IMG/VR virus record: IMGVR_UViG_3300029267_002506
Span: 1 to 61,019 of that record
DNA: 61,019 nt
Direction: 5' to 3' (one strand)
Source of the DNA: an uncultured virus (IMG/VR IMGVR_UViG_3300029267_002506)
Lineage: Duplodnaviria > Heunggongvirae > Uroviricota > Caudoviricetes
The notes beneath the pieces were generated by a model that did not search any database, was not told the DNA's origin, and was given only the letters and a program-made list of their open reading frames with translations. Positions 17,314-26,991 of this stretch are shown piece after piece; position 1 is the first letter of the stretch, and each line of letters opens with the position of its first letter. The position numbers and the translations under genes were made by a program.

Positions 17314-18369
17314 ATGCCATCGCAATACAAACGAGCAGATGGGCTCCGTGAGTATCTTACAGGGGCATCGAGTGATGGAGGAGTCCAGACCGATCCAGAT
17401 GCATCGTTGGGTAATTGTAGATCATCTACTGAAGCCCAGTCGATGGATGTTGTCATCACAAACCCTATTGGGAATATCACTATTGACTTTGCGTCAGGTG
17501 GTAATGAGGTAGGAGATGGGACGCTGGATGTGGTAGGAGATAATACGTTGCGCTGGAAGTGCGCAGGAGGGGAATATGGCTCCAATGTCAATATTTTGAA
17601 TGGAGAGACAAAGGTGGTAGAAACCAGCGGCAGTCCAGGGGCATATCTCCGTGTTACCAGGACCTCCGCGGTTGCCCTTTCTGGATCTGCCACCATTACG
17701 CTTAGTCGGCGTGCCAATAACCTGTTTGGAATGGATGATGTGACTTCAGAAGAGGCGGAAGCAGGAGATGTTAATTACAGATCTACCATCATGAAAAATG
17801 TTTCCAGTGGGGTGGTAACCCTGCTCAAGCGTTGGATAGGAGAATTAGGCACCGCTCAAGTATCAGACGACACTCAATTAGGAGCATCCGGTGCAGGGAC
17901 AATAGTGATATCTGGGTCTGCGGCATCTTTTGAGGATTGGCCGGAGGAGGGTTTCTGTCATATCAAGAACGGTGAGACTACCAGGGAGATAGTGTATTAC
18001 AGCGAACGCACTACTACAGAGTTAACGGTGCCTGCTACAGGAAGAGGTCTATTGGGGACCACTCCCTCTGCTGGTGCTGCTACAGACACTCTTCATGCTG
18101 TCCCTGGCATTGCTATAGCGATAGACTCGAAAGGCGTATATGATCCAGAAGGGTCTGGTGGACCAGAGATACAAACACTCGCAAATGAGGACACCCCTCC
18201 AACAGGGGTCGCATGGAACACAGGCATAACAGCAGCCACGGGTTTGGACATAGGTGAGATTCCCAGTGGGTATCAAGTAGGTATCCAGTGGAAGCGCGAA
18301 ATGCCTGAAGATACGGTCGCCACAGAGGATGCAGAGGTGTTGGTGGAGCGCAGTTTTGATATCTCTTAA
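17314..18369 (+). CDS. Putative tail protein
   Basis: QTDPDASLG and NNLFGMDDVTSEEAEAGDVNYR motifs; Gly/Thr/Ser-rich. Confidence 0.55.
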   Translation: MPSQYKRADGLREYLTGASSDGGVQTDPDASLGNCRSSTEAQSMDVVITNPIGNITIDFASGGNEVGDGTLDVVGDNTLRWKCAGGEYGSNVNILNGETKVVETSGSPGAYLRVTRTSAVALSGSATITLSRRANNLFGMDDVTSEEAEAGDVNYRSTIMKNVSSGVVTLLKRWIGELGTAQVSDDTQLGASGAGTIVISGSAASFEDWPEEGFCHIKNGETTREIVYYSERTTTELTVPATGRGLLGTTPSAGAATDTLHAVPGIAIAIDSKGVYDPEGSGGPEIQTLANEDTPPTGVAWNTGITAATGLDIGEIPSGYQVGIQWKREMPEDTVATEDAEVLVERSFDIS

Positions 18370-18402
18370 CAGAACATCATAAGAGAGGGCGCAGAAGCGA
18401 CC

Positions 18403-19050
18403 ATGGAAATTACCAATAAAGTCAGAGGCAGGATCAGGATAGCTAATAACGCAGTTGAGGGTTATGTGGTATATGTGGGCGAAAATCAAATGCCCGATTT
18501 TACCCAGGGCCCAGACGGGTTCTCTGCTACTAGACCTGTTTCCGTATCTATCACGCCTCCGCCTTCTGGGACGACTAATTTTTGGGTAGTGATGAGGAAA
18601 AGGAATGCATATGGGGTGGAGAGCCAAAATCAGAAGGTGTTAGTTATCACCGTCAATTCAGATGGGAATGAGGAATTGGGAGCCCTATCTGCCCCTATTG
18701 GGTTGCAGATGACTTGTGTGGAGAATGAGGCGTTCTTGGTCTATGCTAGATATCCGGGGTTCTATCAGGACACCAATCCTGGAGACACGTGGAAAGTATA
18801 TGTGAAGAAAGGTTCTGCCCCTGTACCTGGTACGGACGAACCTGTTGTTACGGGAGGCATTGCCAGTGGGGTGATGCAGGTCCTAGTCGGTGCATATCCT
18901 GACGGGAATGCGACGTACTATGGAGCAGTCACTGTGTATCGGACAGCGGATGGAGAGGAGTCAGAAGCAGCCACAACGGAGCTGGTTTTATCCGCGGACC
19001 CAGCTATCCCCATACCAGTCAATTCCGGCTGGGTGGAGTATGAGGACTAG
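18403..19050 (+). CDS. Tail protein with FN3-like repeats (putative)
   Basis: GYVVYVG..RNAYGVESQN and WKVYVK..GEESEA patterns. Confidence 0.5.
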   Translation: MEITNKVRGRIRIANNAVEGYVVYVGENQMPDFTQGPDGFSATRPVSVSITPPPSGTTNFWVVMRKRNAYGVESQNQKVLVITVNSDGNEELGALSAPIGLQMTCVENEAFLVYARYPGFYQDTNPGDTWKVYVKKGSAPVPGTDEPVVTGGIASGVMQVLVGAYPDGNATYYGAVTVYRTADGEESEAATTELVLSADPAIPIPVNSGWVEYED

Positions 19051-19069
19051 AAACAGAAAGGGAGTTACG

Positions 19070-19735
19070 ATGGGAAAGGAATTGATGCGGGAATGGGAGA
19101 GGGTGATGGTGGTATCATTTCATACGAGTGACATTGCTTACACCACTGAAGCAGCACGATTGAAGAAGAGTATTGATCAATGGGACAGATTGCCGTACAC
19201 CATTGAAACAATCCCTCCAGGATATTGGAAGGACGTTTGCAGGCAGAAGCCCAGTATCATTCGATCATTTTGTAGGCAGTTCCCTGACCGTCCATTGTTA
19301 TTCGTCGATGCCGATGCCAGGTTTACCAGGGACCCAAGAGAGGAACTCCCAAACACCTGGACGGAAGCAGCCTCCATCCCTCCAGTATCCGTCCATATGT
19401 TTGGGTCTCAGATTTGTAGCGGGACGATTGTGATTTCTTCAGGCCAAGCTGCATCTGGGATTATGGATGATTGGGCGCAGAAAGACCGAAAGGATTGCCA
19501 TCGATATTCCCAACCTCAACAGGTTTTGACTTCTGTAAAAGGGATAAATACAGAGCTGGCTCCTCAGTGGTGTTGGATCTTCGATCTGTCCAAAGTCCGA
19601 TATCGACGACCACCTTCACCTCCCATCGTAACACACTACCAGGCATCAAGAGAGTACAGAGAAGATCGCAATAGGAATGAAGAATTGGTGGCCAGCAGAC
19701 AAGAAGCGTTGCGGGATTTGGAAGGGGAGGCGTAG
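19070..19735 (+). CDS. GT-A fold nucleotide-diphospho-sugar transferase, paralog 1
   Basis: KPSII, LLFVDADA (DxD), SGTI, L..QWCWIFD and HYQASR motifs. Confidence 0.75.
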   Translation: MGKELMREWERVMVVSFHTSDIAYTTEAARLKKSIDQWDRLPYTIETIPPGYWKDVCRQKPSIIRSFCRQFPDRPLLFVDADARFTRDPREELPNTWTEAASIPPVSVHMFGSQICSGTIVISSGQAASGIMDDWAQKDRKDCHRYSQPQQVLTSVKGINTELAPQWCWIFDLSKVRYRRPPSPPIVTHYQASREYREDRNRNEELVASRQEALRDLEGEA

Positions 19736-19736
19736 C

Positions 19737-20414
19737 ATGCGAGTAGTGGCATATCATACAGGAGGACCATACACACAAGAGGCAGAGTTGTTGGTTGCCT
19801 CTTTAGAAAAACTAAAGATTGATCATCACGTGGAGAATGTGGGAGCTGCTACGGACTGGGATCATGCGGTATCTTTGAAACCAATTTTCATCTATCGTAT
19901 GAGGGAAATGTACACAGGACCTTTGGTGAGTGTGGATGTAGATGCGTTCTTCCATTCTGATCCATCAGCATACTTTGATGGATTGGATACTGACTTTGGC
20001 GCGCACTGGTTTCAAGGACCATCTGGTGGATATGACAAAACACGGAACGATGATTGGATGTTGAGCGGGACCATGTTCTGGGGAGACACAAAGGAGGCAA
20101 GGGAATTGTTGAAAACATGGTCGCTGGTCAATGCTGCTAAACAAGCGGTGGGCCATTGGGCTGGAGGAGGACAAGCCAACCTGCGGAGCATTGTTGAATC
20201 ACAATTGAAGATGGGAATGGGATGGTTACGGGTGACACGCCTTCCAGGTGAATACTGCTATGTGTACGATAAGCCTTGGGCATACCCAGAAGGGACTGTC
20301 CCTTGCATTGAGCATACCATAGCTAGCAGGGAGAACAGAGGCAAAAGCAAGGGCAGGGTCCATCGTGGCAGACAGGATAGGATTGCGGTCTTGCGAAAAG
20401 AGGTTGGATTATGA
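19737..20414 (+). CDS. GT-A fold nucleotide-diphospho-sugar transferase, paralog 2
   Basis: KPIFI, VSVDVDA (DxD), LSGTMFW, LPGEYCYVYD and HTIASR motifs. Confidence 0.75.
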   Translation: MRVVAYHTGGPYTQEAELLVASLEKLKIDHHVENVGAATDWDHAVSLKPIFIYRMREMYTGPLVSVDVDAFFHSDPSAYFDGLDTDFGAHWFQGPSGGYDKTRNDDWMLSGTMFWGDTKEARELLKTWSLVNAAKQAVGHWAGGGQANLRSIVESQLKMGMGWLRVTRLPGEYCYVYDKPWAYPEGTVPCIEHTIASRENRGKSKGRVHRGRQDRIAVLRKEVGL

Positions 20415-21199
20415 GTCAATCGATCCTCACTATCGATGATCTTGTGGATGAACTATCTTCTCATTCTTCTTTCGTTACCATGGCCAACTATGGGGATGGG
20501 GAGTGGAGCTGTTTGTTGGGCGAAGTGGGCTGGAATTGTAATGGGGACCGATACTATGCGCCAGGGCTGCGGGATGCGTTGGAAGAAACGTTCACCCCTC
20601 CTCTTCTTACCCATTATGGATTCAATCCAGGACGAAAGCACATGGAGGCGGCACAGGAGTGGTTGAGGAAGAAAGGATATTCTGTGCCTACGGTGGGACC
20701 CTGTTCATACCGATATCGTTCTGGCAGGACGTATGCTAGTTGCCGTGGCATTGAGAGTGTGGAGAATGGTGAGAATACCATACCTTGGGTATGGAAAGAA
20801 ATAGTAAGTGGATCCAATTGCAAAGGTGAGTTTGGTCCATTCTTGCGACTGTGCAAAAAACGTAGGGTGTTAGTAGTGGGTGGAGCCCATCTGGCTCGTC
20901 TGACCGTGTTCACCCACAAACATCTCGTTACTCCTCCACACAATACATGGGATGTAGCAGAGGAGGTTATCGCTGAGATTTGGGATGAGTGGGCAAAGCA
21001 TGGGTTTGACCTCGCCTTGTTCGCTTGTGGATTGGCGAGCAATGCCCTCATATGGAGACTGGGAAAGATGGGAGTTTGTGCTCACCTGATAGATGTTGGT
21101 GCAGCATTGGATCCATATGTAGGGGTGCTGTCGAGGAAAACATACAAACAACCCGCGTTCCAGGAGAAGTTACACCGAAGCATAAAGGAGGCAGGATGA
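20411..21199 (+). CDS. GT-D fold (DUF1792-like) glycosyltransferase
   Basis: NYGDGEW resembles the RFGDGE motif; LFACG and LIDVGAALD are also present. Confidence 0.6.
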   Translation: MSQSILTIDDLVDELSSHSSFVTMANYGDGEWSCLLGEVGWNCNGDRYYAPGLRDALEETFTPPLLTHYGFNPGRKHMEAAQEWLRKKGYSVPTVGPCSYRYRSGRTYASCRGIESVENGENTIPWVWKEIVSGSNCKGEFGPFLRLCKKRRVLVVGGAHLARLTVFTHKHLVTPPHNTWDVAEEVIAEIWDEWAKHGFDLALFACGLASNALIWRLGKMGVCAHLIDVGAALDPYVGVLSRKTYKQPAFQEKLHRSIKEAG

Positions 21200-21849
21200 G
21201 CGCAAAGCCAACAGTAGTATTGAGTTATGGTTGTCCTAGATCAGGGACTAGTGTAGTTGCCGCAATGTGTAGGGGTTTGGAGGGAGTGTGTTATCAGAAG
21301 TGGAAGGAACTTAGTGTTCTCCATCCGGGGAAGTGCGACTATGGAATGTTGCAATTGTCGCAAGTGTTTTCCGAATGCAATTTGGTGTTTGTTCGTTCTG
21401 TTCGACATCCGATTGAGATTGTTAAGAGTTTCTATGCACTTCGGGAGGGTTTGGTCCCATCTACTGGAACCATCCATCTCACTAGCGATGAACGCATCCT
21501 TGAATGGATTGAGATGGAAAGCAACAACACCGCGGAACAGATCCGACGGTTACGTCAGGATCACCCTTGGCGAGAATATGAAACACATGTGGTAGAAGCC
21601 AAGTATGAGGTGCTGTCTTCGGAGGACCGAACTAGTTTCGTGGATGAATTAGCTTCACTGCTGCCCTGCGGCGAAATCAACAGACAACGATTGGAGGAGT
21701 TCTTGTCCACTAGTTGGGGTAACAAAATGGCGTCAGCTCGTACAGGCCGGTTATCTGCGGGGGTGGATGTGATACTGCGACCAGAAAAAGAGGGATGGTG
21801 GAGGGAGCAGTTGATGGAAGTAATGGAACGGGAAGGGTACTCAGCATGA
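21196..21849 (+). CDS. PAPS-dependent sulfotransferase
   Basis: 5'-PSB loop GCPRSGTS; 3'-PB motif VRHPIEIVKS; KYE.L. Confidence 0.75.
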   Translation: MSAKPTVVLSYGCPRSGTSVVAAMCRGLEGVCYQKWKELSVLHPGKCDYGMLQLSQVFSECNLVFVRSVRHPIEIVKSFYALREGLVPSTGTIHLTSDERILEWIEMESNNTAEQIRRLRQDHPWREYETHVVEAKYEVLSSEDRTSFVDELASLLPCGEINRQRLEEFLSTSWGNKMASARTGRLSAGVDVILRPEKEGWWREQLMEVMEREGYSA

Positions 21850-22646
21850 AGGTGTTTTTGCCTTATCGCAGTGAATTTGGGTTCTTGTGTATGTTTCATG
21901 CTCCTTGGGTAAATGCGTTCCCATCTCCTAAGACGGTGATCATAGAAGAGGGTACAGAGGCATTATATCCTGGGTGCGAGTATTTATATCTTGATCGTCG
22001 GAAGGATGCAGATAGGAGAGCAAGGCCTGAGAAGGATGTAGAGAAAGAATGGCGGGAACGCATAGGAGATGGTGTAGAGTTTCTACCCATGCCTTACCCT
22101 GCTACTAAAGCCACTCCAAGGAGATACTTTGTGCCCTCCCCGTATCGAATGGTGCGCGATGCTAGCCGTTTTGATGTGTGCGTGTGTCCTAGGAAACGGG
22201 AATATGGTAGCAACAAGAATTGGCCGTATTGGCAGCATTTGACTGATGCTCTGTTGGGAATGAGAATGAAGGTGTTTGCGGCAGGGCATCCAGAATCCTC
22301 TTACTTATTGACGGGTTGCAGAACGGCGTGGGACAGAAGTGTCAGGTATCTTGATGAGACGATACAAGGCATGTTGAATTCTAACTTGGTGGTAGCTACT
22401 GACGCGGGTCTGGCACATCTGGCTCTAATGTGTGGGAAACCCCTGGTGCTAATTACTCATAAAGAGGGGATGGTAGCACCGGGGACAGACGACATAGGCA
22501 AAGACTACTGGCCTATTTATATTGACCGATACCATGAAGAGAACCACTTGAATGCTCCTATTCATCAAGTGTATTACGGATGGGAAGGGACGGGGCGTGT
22601 GGTGGAGAAAATAGAGGAGAGTCTGCGATGGGTGGCTCCAGCTTGA
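21846..22646 (+). CDS. GT9-like (heptosyltransferase-type, GT-B) glycosyltransferase
   Basis: KNWPYWQHL and SNLVVATDAGLAHLALMCGKPLVLI motifs. Confidence 0.75.
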   Translation: MKVFLPYRSEFGFLCMFHAPWVNAFPSPKTVIIEEGTEALYPGCEYLYLDRRKDADRRARPEKDVEKEWRERIGDGVEFLPMPYPATKATPRRYFVPSPYRMVRDASRFDVCVCPRKREYGSNKNWPYWQHLTDALLGMRMKVFAAGHPESSYLLTGCRTAWDRSVRYLDETIQGMLNSNLVVATDAGLAHLALMCGKPLVLITHKEGMVAPGTDDIGKDYWPIYIDRYHEENHLNAPIHQVYYGWEGTGRVVEKIEESLRWVAPA

Positions 22647-22725
22647 TTCCTTTCCGGGGTGCAAATAGCACCTTCTTTGTTGGAGCTGCCCATTGCTGCT
22701 TATCTTATGGACTAGGAGGAATGAC

Positions 22726-23667
22726 ATGAAATGGACAATGGATAGAGGCAGAGTGTATGTGTCCTGGGAATTGTTTTTCATTGTGTTTGGGATATTGACA
22801 TTGGCTGCTCTTTTGCTAACGCAGGGCTGTGGCCATGTGAATTGGGCGAATTGGACAGAATGGTGGGATCAGGGAGGGTCAGAACTCTTAGCTACTCCTA
22901 CGCCTACTCCTGTTCCTACACCTGCTCCGGATGTATGGCATGAGCCTGAGTATTCTTTCATGCAGTATGATTCTGGCCTGCCTATTGGGGTTTGTGTCAC
23001 GACGGGGCATATCGTTCCTGGGCAAGGAGGTCAGGGTTGTTACGGGTCGATATCTTGTTCATGGATCCAGTTCCAAGATTGCATCACAGGAGAGGTTACC
23101 CAAATTGCAGCGAACACTACCCAATGGACTTCTCCTGGAGGAGTGGACAATTGGGGTGTTGACAATTGGGCGAAAGCAGATACACACTGGTACACTACGG
23201 CGCACCAAATTAATGATGCTGGATATAATCCTACGGCTGATGGTACTAGGAGAGGGTCTGCTATAGTGGAGTGGAATAGACTGGGCGATTTTCATGTGTG
23301 GGTCCACTATCGTGCTACTGGGAATAGGGGCACCGCATGGTTGGGTATTACTCAGGATTGTCGGGGCCAAGAAGTGACGTATTGGTATGAATGGGATCAA
23401 AGAGGAAACGGTCCCTATGTGGTGTTCATGTTGAGGGGAGGGGGAGGGAGCGAGTGCCTGACATTCATCCTACCAGAAGGTGTGGTGAAGACATTTGAAC
23501 CGTTCCCAATGGTGATGGGGTGGTACAAGCGCGAACAGCCCAATCATGTAGGAGTCGCCACTTACATTCAAGCCAGGACAGAAGATCAAGCGAGAATGGT
23601 GTACGCAGTGGCTAATGGAGAGGTTCAAGACGATGGTGCCCTTTGGGTCTGTATGCGATGGAGGTAA
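22726..23667 (+). CDS. Predicted lipoprotein with Pro/Thr linker
   Basis: Hydrophobic leader ending LLTQG-C; TPTPTPVPTP linker; Trp/Gly-rich beta domain. Confidence 0.6.
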   Translation: MKWTMDRGRVYVSWELFFIVFGILTLAALLLTQGCGHVNWANWTEWWDQGGSELLATPTPTPVPTPAPDVWHEPEYSFMQYDSGLPIGVCVTTGHIVPGQGGQGCYGSISCSWIQFQDCITGEVTQIAANTTQWTSPGGVDNWGVDNWAKADTHWYTTAHQINDAGYNPTADGTRRGSAIVEWNRLGDFHVWVHYRATGNRGTAWLGITQDCRGQEVTYWYEWDQRGNGPYVVFMLRGGGGSECLTFILPEGVVKTFEPFPMVMGWYKREQPNHVGVATYIQARTEDQARMVYAVANGEVQDDGALWVCMRWR

Positions 23668-23672
23668 GAAGG

Positions 23673-24650
23673 ATGAAACTAGAGTTCGGTCCAAAGTTAC
23701 AGCCTTATGAGAAGCTGACAGACTTAACAGTTGTGGTATCAGATTGGCATTACGGTCACTATGAGTTTGATCGTGTGGGAAAGAATGGCATCTCCCCGCA
23801 CACTATTACTCATCGGATTTGTAGGGCTGGTATCAACCACAATATCTTTTTGGTACATCTGGGAGATTTGATCGATAGTGTTGCCAGGGCACCTGAAGCC
23901 ATTAAGATGTTTGTTACCCAATTGGCACAAGGGAAAACAATTCGTTCATTTCCAGACCTTAATATCCACGGCAATCACGATGCACGATGGAGGGGTGTAC
24001 TAGAGCTGGAGATACCGGATAGTGACATATGGCTTCCTGAGGATAGCATGGTGATGGGGGCTCACGGGCACCAGGCACATAGATGGTGGATGAAGGGGAA
24101 AGGGGCCAGGAAGTGGCTACACGAACAGACGTATAGGCTAGGCTTCACCATCCAGGATGTAATTCATCCTGATGCAGACTCTTGGATCCTGGATGCGGGC
24201 AAGACTGTGGGGGAGCTGTTCATTCAGCCGGGGAGGAAATTAGGAAGGAACAAGGTTCTGACTTGGGCTGTCGAAACCGCTTGTAAGTATTTCAGGGCTC
24301 TCATCCTGCATGGGCACACTCATAGTGTAGGGGTGTATGTAATGCAGAGGATACGGGGCTCAGAGAGACCTATCAAGGGCAGTGATCTGGTATCAACGCA
24401 ATGGGTATCTGTGGACAAACGATACAGGGTGACGGCCAAAGTTCCTCCTCATTCTCATTTGGCCTCTGTTACGGTGGTGGATGTGGGGACAGCATTACCA
24501 CATGGGGACAATCACCCGGAGGGCCTGTACGAAAAAGGAGATGTGTTCCCATTCGGATATGTGGTGGAGAGACAAGAGTTAGTTAGGTTTGAGATGGAGG
24601 GGTTCCGGTCTATTTCCGTTCAGTTACCTCCCGACTCAATCTCTCAATAG
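23673..24650 (+). CDS. Calcineurin-like metallophosphoesterase
   Basis: SDWH, GDLID, GNHD, HGH and HGHTH motifs in canonical order. Confidence 0.8.
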   Translation: MKLEFGPKLQPYEKLTDLTVVVSDWHYGHYEFDRVGKNGISPHTITHRICRAGINHNIFLVHLGDLIDSVARAPEAIKMFVTQLAQGKTIRSFPDLNIHGNHDARWRGVLELEIPDSDIWLPEDSMVMGAHGHQAHRWWMKGKGARKWLHEQTYRLGFTIQDVIHPDADSWILDAGKTVGELFIQPGRKLGRNKVLTWAVETACKYFRALILHGHTHSVGVYVMQRIRGSERPIKGSDLVSTQWVSVDKRYRVTAKVPPHSHLASVTVVDVGTALPHGDNHPEGLYEKGDVFPFGYVVERQELVRFEMEGFRSISVQLPPDSISQ

Positions 24651-24834
24651 TTTGGATTAGCTGCTCTATCGCGTCCAAGGATATTACGGTGTACTGGATG
24701 TCCTTCTTATCGGTTTGTGTCATTTCAATTGAAAGAGAATCGGGAGGCCTTTTTCGGAGTGTGGTGAAACAATCTTTACACACTCTATGACATGTCCCAA
24801 TCGTTTGTCCGCAACATTCACAATAATCAATCAT
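24610..24834 (-). CDS. Small Zn-finger protein
   Basis: CECCG..CKDC; last gene of the - strand arm. Confidence 0.5.
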   Translation of the reverse strand: MIDYCECCGQTIGTCHRVCKDCFTTLRKRPPDSLSIEMTQTDKKDIQYTVISLDAIEQLIQTIERLSREVTERK

Positions 24835-25262
24835 TTGTCATCTCCTTTCACAACAGGGATTGGAGTAGCAGGGACCGTAACAGGATGAGGCGCATTAGGG
24901 GTGGGAGCCACTGCGGAAAGGATGGCTATGTATTTGAGACGTTCTTCGGATGACAGTTGTTGGATGTGAATGGCGAATTCCTCCCGTTTGATTTCTGAGA
25001 TGATACGTTCTTCGCTCATTTGAGCATTGATCTCTGCCTGTTGTAAGAGTAGTGAATGTCCCACCACAGATAGAACAGAAGCAACGATCACACAACCGCC
25101 AATAATTGCGAGTAGCATCCTCATGGTTATTCCCCTTTCCAATTCTTCCCAAGGCACCAGAACATTCTCCGATATATCCACGCCGCCTTCTTTGTTGAGT
25201 TGGTATATGTCCCTTCCTTTAGCCACACCTCCCAACCATTTTTCTTCGGTTTGATTTTCCAT
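24831..25262 (-). CDS. Membrane protein
   Basis: TM segment MLLAIIGGCVIVASVLSVVG; start MENQTEE. Confidence 0.5.
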   Translation of the reverse strand: MENQTEEKWLGGVAKGRDIYQLNKEGGVDISENVLVPWEELERGITMRMLLAIIGGCVIVASVLSVVGHSLLLQQAEINAQMSEERIISEIKREEFAIHIQQLSSEERLKYIAILSAVAPTPNAPHPVTVPATPIPVVKGDDK

Positions 25263-25264
25263 CA

Positions 25265-25684
25265 CTACCTTCCTTCCGTGCCCCTTTCCATGTACCCGTC
25301 CGGGATCATGCTGTCCAACACGGCCAGCCATTCGCCGTATTCCCCGGTTTCGCGGTCGCTGTATTTGTACTTGGCGCACACCTCGCGATACTCCTGGAGC
25401 CACATACTCAGTGGCATACACACCCACCCCACACACACCTCGTCGCGGGAGATGGCCACAATGCGATGCCTCGAACCCTGGATGGCAATGATGCCAGTCT
25501 CGTCGAGGTTGGCGCCGGAGAGGTCGGTGTGGGAGAGGTCGGTGTGGGAGAGGTCGGTGTGGGAGAGGTTGGCGTGGGAGAGGTCTAGTTTTCGGAAATC
25601 TCCTCGGTGCCCGCCCTCTCTGTGCAGCCAGGCTCGGTGTTGTTCCTGTTCATTCAAATACCGCTGATAGTCGTTCTGGTTCAT
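25265..25684 (-). CDS. Pentapeptide-repeat protein
   Basis: ANLSH-TDLSH-TDLSH-TDLSG-ANL; 15-bp tandem repeat at about 25515-25585. Confidence 0.8.
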   Translation of the reverse strand: MNQNDYQRYLNEQEQHRAWLHREGGHRGDFRKLDLSHANLSHTDLSHTDLSHTDLSGANLDETGIIAIQGSRHRIVAISRDEVCVGWVCMPLSMWLQEYREVCAKYKYSDRETGEYGEWLAVLDSMIPDGYMERGTEGR

Positions 25685-25748
25685 TCCGTGCCCCTTTCCA
25701 CTTTCACCTTGGCGGTTTCGTGACGAGGAAAATCATGCCCAAGCGCCA

Positions 25749-25949
25749 TCACCCCTCGCCTCCCTCTAGCGTCTTGCGCGTTCGCTCGACAAACGCCATC
25801 ATCTGTTCGCAATCCACTCCCCCTTCGTGCGCCTGCTCTGTCGCCAGTTCGATCATTTCCAGCGCCTCCCAGAGGGCTTGTCGTGTATTGTCGCGTTGGC
25901 GGCACAGATCCACTATCTTTTTTGACCAGAAGTTGACGCTATCCTTCAC
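25749..25949 (-). CDS. Hypothetical protein
   Basis: GTGA overlap with the upstream gene; GAGGAGG RBS. Confidence 0.45.
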   Translation of the reverse strand: MKDSVNFWSKKIVDLCRQRDNTRQALWEALEMIELATEQAHEGGVDCEQMMAFVERTRKTLEGGEG

Positions 25950-26227
25950 GTCCTAACCTCCTCAAATACATGGAAGACATATGCGCCAATATCGGTTTGG
26001 TATGTTCCAATATAGTTCAGCCTTAATCCTTCTGGTATTTTATGCCCAGTCCCAAAGACCCAGATACTCCTGGATTGTTTGGGTTGGGAAGGATCAACCA
26101 ATGCCCATATACAAGGGATACCGGTTTGTGTCTGCACATCCAATATCTGTGCGCCTTTGGGCATGTCTATCTCGTTTACCGTTCGTGAGTCAGGTGAGAG
26201 TTGCCATTTCCAGATTTCCATTTTCAT
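25946..26227 (-). CDS. Conserved small phage protein
   Basis: MPKGAQILDVQTQ..CIWALVD..FGTGH..YIGT..VFHVFE, a common phage hypothetical pattern. Confidence 0.65.
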   Translation of the reverse strand: MKMEIWKWQLSPDSRTVNEIDMPKGAQILDVQTQTGIPCIWALVDPSQPKQSRSIWVFGTGHKIPEGLRLNYIGTYQTDIGAYVFHVFEEVRT

Positions 26228-26619
26228 CCCTCATTCCTTTTGTTTGCTTTGTATGGAGTCCCTTCCCTAGTATCCACATGGATGTGATGGGAGTATAGGA
26301 TGATCCCAGTGAATTCCAATTCCTCAGCTATGGTTTTCAATGTCTCTGCCTCTTCATCTGTGAAAGGGGTACGGTCCTTTTTCCGAATGTCCATGGCCCT
26401 GGAAAGTAGATGTTGGCTATGTTCTGAACCGCCTACCTCTTCATTGTGCTCGGCGCAACGGTAGCCGCTAGACACTTCCAGTTGCGGACCTATAGGCTGT
26501 CCCTTATTTCTGTGGTAGAATTCCCACTTCAGTTCCAGCTGAAATGTTTTGTCGAGGATGTCACAACCCTCCAACCGTAAGACACCGCAACAAGGACAGA
26601 ACATCTCTTTCAAGTTCAT
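26224..26619 (-). CDS. Peptidase M15A (Zn D-Ala-D-Ala carboxypeptidase-like), possible endolysin
   Basis: FCPCCG, SSGYRC..HN..VGG...SQH...AMDI and HIHVDTR motifs. Confidence 0.85.
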   Translation of the reverse strand: MNLKEMFCPCCGVLRLEGCDILDKTFQLELKWEFYHRNKGQPIGPQLEVSSGYRCAEHNEEVGGSEHSQHLLSRAMDIRKKDRTPFTDEEAETLKTIAEELEFTGIILYSHHIHVDTREGTPYKANKRNEG

Positions 26620-26768
26620 TTGTTCCTCCTCTTCTTTCTGTTCATTTTCCTGATCTGGTCCCTCTTTTGTTTGCACTCAAAGCACAATTTCCTGCGTCCA
26701 TACCATCGAACCTCAGCTGCTGGGTATGTCTCTTTGCACACATCACATCGAATGAACACAGTGGTCAA
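26616..26768 (-). CDS. Small Zn-finger protein (50 aa, not in ORF track)
   Basis: Translated by hand: TTG start after GAGGAG; CDVC...CFEC; ATGA overlap with the peptidase gene. Confidence 0.5.
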   Translation of the reverse strand: MTTVFIRCDVCKETYPAAEVRWYGRRKLCFECKQKRDQIRKMNRKKRRNK

Positions 26769-26769
26769 C

Positions 26770-26991
26770 CTATTCTCCTCTCAATCGTTTCACCTCATCC
26801 AGAGTATCTCCCAATTCCTGGATCAGTTTAATCCTTCCAAGATCACCAAATTCACCGAAAGCCATATCCATTTTTAACAAGACATCAGCGATTGTGTAAA
26901 CCTTTTCAGCCACTTGAATCAATCTGTCTAATGCTTTAGACCATTCAATTAGGTGGTTGGCAGTTTGGTTTGTTCTAAATGTTTCCATCAT
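26770..26991 (-). CDS. Hypothetical protein, paralog of 54288-54608
   Basis: Shares QTAN.LIEWSKALDRLI and VKRLRGE*. Confidence 0.6.
   Translation of the reverse strand: MMETFRTNQTANHLIEWSKALDRLIQVAEKVYTIADVLLKMDMAFGEFGDLGRIKLIQELGDTLDEVKRLRGE

Noticed and set aside
25515-25585. 15-bp tandem repeats as a possible CRISPR or regulatory array
   Set aside because: No spacers; they encode pentapeptide repeats in frame.
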